From: a bacterium
Lineage (GTDB): Bacteria > Zhuqueibacterota > Zhuqueibacteria > Residuimicrobiales > Krinioviventaceae
Direction: 5' to 3'
NCBI GenBank assembly: GCA_963693055.1
Contig: OY843751.1
Location: 6,368,001-6,432,000 of the forward strand
Length of the DNA stretch: 64,000 nt
Of this stretch, positions 58,778-64,000 are shown one piece after another; position 1 is the stretch's first letter; each line of letters starts with the position of its first letter. The notes beneath the pieces were generated by a model that was not told the origin of the DNA, made no database searches, and saw nothing but the letters and a program-made list of their open reading frames with translations. The position numbers and the translations under genes are program-made.

Positions 58778-61516
58778 CTATTCTTTCAAATTATATTCAA
58801 AGGTATAATGCCCTGATCCGGATTGGAGTAAGACATTGTTTCCCTGTTGACGAATATTTGACAATGCAGCAGTTTCGATCAGCGATTTATCGTTTACTTT
58901 GATGTTGACAATTTCTGCATTGGGTAACTGAATTGTTGCAAATGTATTCACCGGTATATCCAACGTCAGTGTAAAGGTGCCGTCTGAAATTTCCCAAGAT
59001 GAACGTATTGGTCCGTAAAGCGACTTGTATTCTGCTTTTGCCCAGGTCAGGTCGCCACCGGGCTGAGGTGCGAAAAAGATATGTTTAAATCCTGGTTGAG
59101 CGGGGTCGTTATTGATTCCGGTTATGGTCCGGTACATCCAGTTTCCAATTGCACCATATGCGTAGTGGTTGTATGAATTCATGGTTGGTGTTTGAAAGGT
59201 TCCGTCAGGTTTAATACCGTCCCAGCGTTCCCAGATTGTGGTGGCACCGCGGGTTATAGGATAGAGCCAAGAGGGATATGTTTTACGATTCAGCAGCATA
59301 TATGCTTCGTCAAGATATCCATTGTTACTCAGGCAGAGGCTAATGAGTGGAGTACCGAGAAATCCGGTTGTGATATGTCCAAACTCGTTTACGTTTGCTG
59401 CAAGTCTTGATGCGGTTTTGGCTTTTAATGACTCGGGTATCAGATCAAATGACAGCGCAAGAGAATACGCGGTTTGGGTATTGGGCGAGAGCCTGCCGTC
59501 CGGGGTCATAAATTCCTGAATGAACGCGCTTTTTATTTTCTCTCTTAAATCTGTAAATGCTTTTGCATCCTCATCTTTGCCAAGAATGTCAGCTATTTTA
59601 GCAACCAGACCGGTGGAATAGGCAAAATAGGCGGTTGCAATAAATTCTTTGTCTGTGTATGCTCCGGGATATGATGAGCTTTGCGAGTTGAACGACAGCC
59701 AGTCACCCAGTTGGTTGCTTTCGGACCAGATATAATCATCGCCCGCGTTGGTTTGCATAAATTTTATCCATTTTACCATACTGTCGTACATGACACTGAG
59801 GATACGGGTGTCGTTGTAATACTGGTAAACCGTCCATGGGATTACAACTACCGCGTCTGACCAGCCACTTGCACCGCAGCGCTGTACAGGATCAAGACTC
59901 CAGCGGATATTGGGAACCACATCGGGAATAGCTCCACTTTCTTTTTGATCATAGATCATATCTTTGAGCCATTTGGTATAGAATCCGGCAACATCGGCAT
60001 TGAAACATGCGGTTGAGGCAAAAACCTGTGCGTCACCGGTCCAGCCCATGCGCTCATCTCGTTGAGGGCAGTCGGTAGGAACATCTACAAAATTGCCTTT
60101 TTGTCCCCATTGGATATTGTGCTGTAACTGGTTCAGCATGGGATTCGAACAGCTAAATTCCATGGTTGGGGTGATATTTGAATGAACAACCACACCGGTA
60201 AAATCATCCAAAGTGGGTTCTCCGGGCCAGCCTTTGACCGTAAAATATTGAAATCCCTGCCAGGTAAAATGGGGCTCGAATACTTGAACGCCATCTCCTT
60301 TGAGGGTATAGGTAATGGTCTGTTTTGCACGGCGTAAATTCTCTGTATAGAAATTGCCGTCTTTGTCCAGTACTTCTGCGTGACGTATTTCAATGGTTGT
60401 ACCTTTGGGGCCTTTGACTTTGAACCGGAGCCAGCCAACCATATTCTGGCCCATATCAAAAACAATATCTCCTTCAGGAGTTACAGATTTAGCGACAGGT
60501 TTTAGTTCCTGAATTTTCAGAACAGGTGGGCCATCGGGTGCAGCGATCTCGATACCGGGGTCTGCTGATACAATGACCCGGTGCCATTCACTGTCGTCAA
60601 ATCCGGATTTTGTCCAGTTAACATGTTCAAGGCGTGCGTCATAGGTTTCTCCCATAAACAGATCAGACATGAGAATGGGGCCCGTGTTGCTTTTCCAGGT
60701 ATTGTCTGTTACAATGGTTTCGGTTTTGCCATTGGTAAAAGTAATCTCTATTTGCAGTAAAAGTTTCAAGGTGCGGTCACGCGGCAGGCTCTTGTCTCCC
60801 CATGCCAGGGTCCCACGATACCAGCCGTCTCCCAGTGTAACGCCCACTGCATTATCACCAGTTTTGAGCAAGTCTGTAACATCATAGGTTTGGTATTGAA
60901 TGCGATGCAAAAACGTGGTCCATCCCGGTGTCAGCACCTGTTCGCCAACCCGTTTCCCGTTTAGCTGAAACTCGTACAAGCCCAATGAGGTGATATAGGC
61001 TCTGGCGGATTTAACTTTGGCTTCAAGTTGGAACTCTTTGCGCAGCATGGGTGCAGGATTAAGTTCAGTAAGATTTTCTTCAAGATCGGGACGGATCCAG
61101 GTGGCTTTCCAGTCTTTGGGGGACAATAGCCCCATTTCCCAATATGCCGGTTCGCTCCATTCGGATTCATTGTTATGATTGTCCCACACCTTGACGCGCC
61201 AATAGTATCTGGTAGCACTTTGCAGGTCAGCTCCGTTATATACAACCTGAAAGGATTGATCAGAGTCGGTTTTGCCGGAATCCCATACCGGGTTTGTCTT
61301 AAACGTTTTCGTATCAAGGGAAACCTGAACCTGGTATGCGGTCTGCATGGTATTCATTTCTGTAGCATTTAAAATCCAGCCAAGTCTGGGATGGGTTTCA
61401 TCCATGCCATGAGGATTGGTTTTGTATTCACAGGTCAAGTCTGATATGGACAAGCCTGCATACAAGCAGTTGACCAGCATTAGAAATAATAGGGTAATTG
61501 TAAATCGGGTTTTCAT
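58778..61516 (-). CDS. GH78 alpha-L-rhamnosidase (tandem paralog)
   Basis: PTDCPQRDERMGWTGD, GATTIWERW and NSYNHYAYGAIG motifs. Confidence 0.95.
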   Translation of the reverse strand: MKTRFTITLLFLMLVNCLYAGLSISDLTCEYKTNPHGMDETHPRLGWILNATEMNTMQTAYQVQVSLDTKTFKTNPVWDSGKTDSDQSFQVVYNGADLQSATRYYWRVKVWDNHNNESEWSEPAYWEMGLLSPKDWKATWIRPDLEENLTELNPAPMLRKEFQLEAKVKSARAYITSLGLYEFQLNGKRVGEQVLTPGWTTFLHRIQYQTYDVTDLLKTGDNAVGVTLGDGWYRGTLAWGDKSLPRDRTLKLLLQIEITFTNGKTETIVTDNTWKSNTGPILMSDLFMGETYDARLEHVNWTKSGFDDSEWHRVIVSADPGIEIAAPDGPPVLKIQELKPVAKSVTPEGDIVFDMGQNMVGWLRFKVKGPKGTTIEIRHAEVLDKDGNFYTENLRRAKQTITYTLKGDGVQVFEPHFTWQGFQYFTVKGWPGEPTLDDFTGVVVHSNITPTMEFSCSNPMLNQLQHNIQWGQKGNFVDVPTDCPQRDERMGWTGDAQVFASTACFNADVAGFYTKWLKDMIYDQKESGAIPDVVPNIRWSLDPVQRCGASGWSDAVVVIPWTVYQYYNDTRILSVMYDSMVKWIKFMQTNAGDDYIWSESNQLGDWLSFNSQSSSYPGAYTDKEFIATAYFAYSTGLVAKIADILGKDEDAKAFTDLREKIKSAFIQEFMTPDGRLSPNTQTAYSLALSFDLIPESLKAKTASRLAANVNEFGHITTGFLGTPLISLCLSNNGYLDEAYMLLNRKTYPSWLYPITRGATTIWERWDGIKPDGTFQTPTMNSYNHYAYGAIGNWMYRTITGINNDPAQPGFKHIFFAPQPGGDLTWAKAEYKSLYGPIRSSWEISDGTFTLTLDIPVNTFATIQLPNAEIVNIKVNDKSLIETAALSNIRQQGNNVLLQSGSGHYTFEYNLKE

Positions 61517-61606
61517 CCGTCAAATCTCCGGGTTGTAATTCTCGTTTGGTATGTTTGTAAATATATAATTTTTTTTAATAAAGTGTTAGTTTTTTTTAGG
61601 AATGAG

Positions 61607-61634
61607 AGCACCCCGAAATGATTTCCGGGGTGCT
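61607..61634 (-). terminator. Hairpin after the cytochrome gene
   Basis: AGCACCCCG-AAATGATTTC-CGGGGTGCT. Confidence 0.65.
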
Positions 61635-61642
61635 GTACTGTA

Positions 61643-64000
61643 TTATTTTATTGATACGAGGTCGCTATTTCTAAACATGCGCAGCATATTTTCATGATGA
61701 AGGGGGTCTTGCATTTGGGAGGTATGGCATACTGCACAATCCATATTGGAACCAATGGGATAGGGATTGCCACTGTATTGCATAGGCTGCAATACATCCC
61801 GTTCCGGTTGATAGGGATTTACCGCGGGATAAACCGCATGCGTAGACCCGTGACATGCTTCGCAGCGTACACCTGCATTGTCAGTACGGATTCGATACAG
61901 TTCGCTGAAATCGTCGTTCCAGTGATTAAAGGCCAGGGCATCCATGTCCGGTTGTTCAAAATCAATATGGCAGGTCAGACAGTCAGGCTCCTGCAGCCAG
62001 GGCATTCTGGGATTTACATCTGCAACCGATTTTACCTGGTTAGGTACAATGGAAGCTATGACACGTTTCTGGCTGGGTTTGTCTGCCTGTGCCTGTAACA
62101 GGCCGGCAGCATGGTCGCTAAGGGTGCCATGGCAATTCACACAATCCAACCCAAACTCTGCATGAAAGCCTCTACTGCAACGGGTAAAGCCATTTGGGGC
62201 AGCCGGATGACACAGCGCACATGCTTCTGCACCTTCAGCCGGCATGTAATTGGCATGCCAACCATGCATTGCAGCTGAAAGGTTCATGTGTTCCGGTTTG
62301 CCTTTAGCACCAAGTGCGGGGTCCGCATGACAACTCTGACACAGCTTGGGATTCCCGTTCTCAGCATCTTTGAACAACGTTGTTCCGTTCAGCCGGTCAT
62401 GTGCTTTGAGAATGTTGATCGAAGTTTCGTCCGCAATGCCGGCGCCGTTTTCGGTTCGCCAGTCTCCGCCGTGGCAGTTCCGGCAGCCCATTTCTGTGGA
62501 TGTGGGCGCCACAACCTTGGTTTCGATCAATACTTTGTCTGTTTCGATATCAACCGCTTGTACAGTAAATGTGGGATACGGATTAAAAGATCCGTCTGCC
62601 TTGTAGGGAACCACCGGTATGGTTTCTACAATATATCCGGAGCGTTCTTCATTATACTTGAATACACCCGCAAGGCCGTTGCCGTGTAATCCAATATTTC
62701 TTTCCGGTGTTACTCCAAAATTCTTTTCCGCATAATCCCAGAATTTAACCTGAGAGGCAGGATCTTTGAAACCGGGTTCCACTTTGTACCGCAATTCAAC
62801 ACCTTCAGTAACAAGCTGGGGCAACTCGCCTCTTTTAATGAGTTGGGCTTCAAGTGTGTTGGCGGGCGGTAATATTACAAACCAGGGATCGTTATCGGAA
62901 ATGCAATGCATGCCCAGATCGTTCCATACGAGAAGCATATATTCATCTTTTTGGCGATCAAAGGAGGGTACGTCTGTGCTTGTTTTGTTTATATTCATCG
63001 GTTTTGATGTGTCTTGAAGTGGATTTCCATTAATGCCGCTGTAAATATAATCCGACAATGCTGCCATTTCCTGTTTTGTGCCTACAAATTGCGGCATGTA
63101 GGTTTGGATTTTTCCTTGTCCGGTTAGTGCAGACATGATACCCAAACGGGAAAAGGATTCGGTTTTGGGTGAAAGTGGATTCCGAATACCATCAACTGTA
63201 TGACAGGGTAAACACTGGATGTTGAACAGTTCTTTGCCTGCTTGCATACGGTTGCTGTCATTGATTTCTTTAACAGTTGTCCATTTTGCGTGGGTCAGTA
63301 ATCCTTCCTTGTTGAGCTTGTCAGTGTCAGATGCTTTAATCGAGGTCGAGTACATGTAATTCCCTATCACCCAGGGCTTGCGTGAGATTTCGCGCAAATA
63401 TTCAAATCCGCCATACCAGGTTAATCCAATGATTACCAGCACAAATGCCAATGTTTTTTGTACCCAATTGTATGATTTGAAGGAATAGATTTGGGCCAAA
63501 ACATAGATCAGAATAGTGCTTAGAGCAAATACAATAATAAAAGGACCTGATTGCGGATTGAGTCCAAAAGACACCTGGCGGATACTTTCAGGAACTGCAA
63601 AATAGTACCATAATCCGGAGAGACCCAAGCCGGGCAGGGGAATCCAGAGCCATTTGCTGCAATAATCAATCATTTTATTGCGAAAAGATGTGTCTTTGAT
63701 GAACACAGCGGTAACATATCCAAACAATCCTGCAATCATGGCAGCATAAAATGAACGGAAAAACAGTGAAGGGAGAAACGTTGGATTTAGAAATCCATGC
63801 CAGAACGACATGGTATCGATCCATTTGCCGGGAGTAAGCATGAATGACAAAATGCCGTTAATGATGAACAGGCTCAGCCAGGCAAATAAGGCGTAAAAGA
63901 AAGCCAGAATGAGTCTGGGTTTTCTCTCCAGTTTGTGAAACTGGTAATAGTAGATCAGTAGAGCGGTGATCTCGCCCAGGAAGAATACCCATTCAATAGC
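61643..64000 (-). CDS. Cytochrome bd subunit I (CydA)-like membrane domain fused to octaheme cytochrome c; 5' end lies outside the window
   Basis: Open to base 64000: AIEWVFFLGE...INGILSFMLTPG...EYLREISRKPWVI (CydA-like), then 8 CxxCH motifs (CLPCH, CRNCH, CQSCH, CALCH, CVNCH, CLTCH, CEACH, CAVCH). Confidence 0.85.
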   Translation of the reverse strand, partial: AIEWVFFLGEITALLIYYYQFHKLERKPRLILAFFYALFAWLSLFIINGILSFMLTPGKWIDTMSFWHGFLNPTFLPSLFFRSFYAAMIAGLFGYVTAVFIKDTSFRNKMIDYCSKWLWIPLPGLGLSGLWYYFAVPESIRQVSFGLNPQSGPFIIVFALSTILIYVLAQIYSFKSYNWVQKTLAFVLVIIGLTWYGGFEYLREISRKPWVIGNYMYSTSIKASDTDKLNKEGLLTHAKWTTVKEINDSNRMQAGKELFNIQCLPCHTVDGIRNPLSPKTESFSRLGIMSALTGQGKIQTYMPQFVGTKQEMAALSDYIYSGINGNPLQDTSKPMNINKTSTDVPSFDRQKDEYMLLVWNDLGMHCISDNDPWFVILPPANTLEAQLIKRGELPQLVTEGVELRYKVEPGFKDPASQVKFWDYAEKNFGVTPERNIGLHGNGLAGVFKYNEERSGYIVETIPVVPYKADGSFNPYPTFTVQAVDIETDKVLIETKVVAPTSTEMGCRNCHGGDWRTENGAGIADETSINILKAHDRLNGTTLFKDAENGNPKLCQSCHADPALGAKGKPEHMNLSAAMHGWHANYMPAEGAEACALCHPAAPNGFTRCSRGFHAEFGLDCVNCHGTLSDHAAGLLQAQADKPSQKRVIASIVPNQVKSVADVNPRMPWLQEPDCLTCHIDFEQPDMDALAFNHWNDDFSELYRIRTDNAGVRCEACHGSTHAVYPAVNPYQPERDVLQPMQYSGNPYPIGSNMDCAVCHTSQMQDPLHHENMLRMFRNSDLVSIK

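Noticed and set aside
55995-61516. Diversity-generating retroelement or gene-conversion repeats between the GH78 copies
   Set aside because: The similarity follows conserved protein motifs with synonymous differences. I saw no adenine-specific pattern and there is no reverse transcriptase in the window.

Overview
A gene-dense bacterial chromosomal window. The taxonomy is inference only: YPNPFNP-type C-terminal sorting domains, HisKA_2 kinases and many exported CAZymes suggest an FCB-group organism such as KSB1 or Calditrichota. Glycan and sugar catabolism dominates: heparinase II/III-like protein, GH92, GH95, GH33 sialidase, tandem GH78, esterases, NagA/NagB, DUF1080, Gfo/Idh/MocA and a Tat-exported isomerase. 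There are four HisKA_2 sensor kinases (one with a degenerate ATP-binding domain), three secreted proteins with C-terminal sorting domains, and a window-truncated CydA-like protein fused to 8 CxxCH hemes. The ORF track misses several things visible in the DNA: (1) a selenocysteine peroxiredoxin with an in-frame UGA plus SECIS-like hairpin, divergent from a Fur-box-controlled Fur/DUF5320/radical SAM unit; (2) three interrupted genes (Usp, SGNH esterase, PutP); (3) a family of ~130-200 bp inverted-repeat elements that follow two paralogous orphan beta-barrel genes; (4) two structured 5' leaders that contact or abut Shine-Dalgarno sites; (5) an antitoxin-like remnant. The best candidates for an undescribed system are the repeat-punctuated beta-barrel array (33-35 kb), the exported amino-sugar/amide operon around a Tat-signal DegT aminotransferase (39.7-47.3 kb) and the kinase-methyltransferase-aromatic decarboxylase triad (30.1-32.9 kb). 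I saw no rRNA, tRNA, CRISPR array or transposase. All family calls come from motif recognition; no database searches were run.
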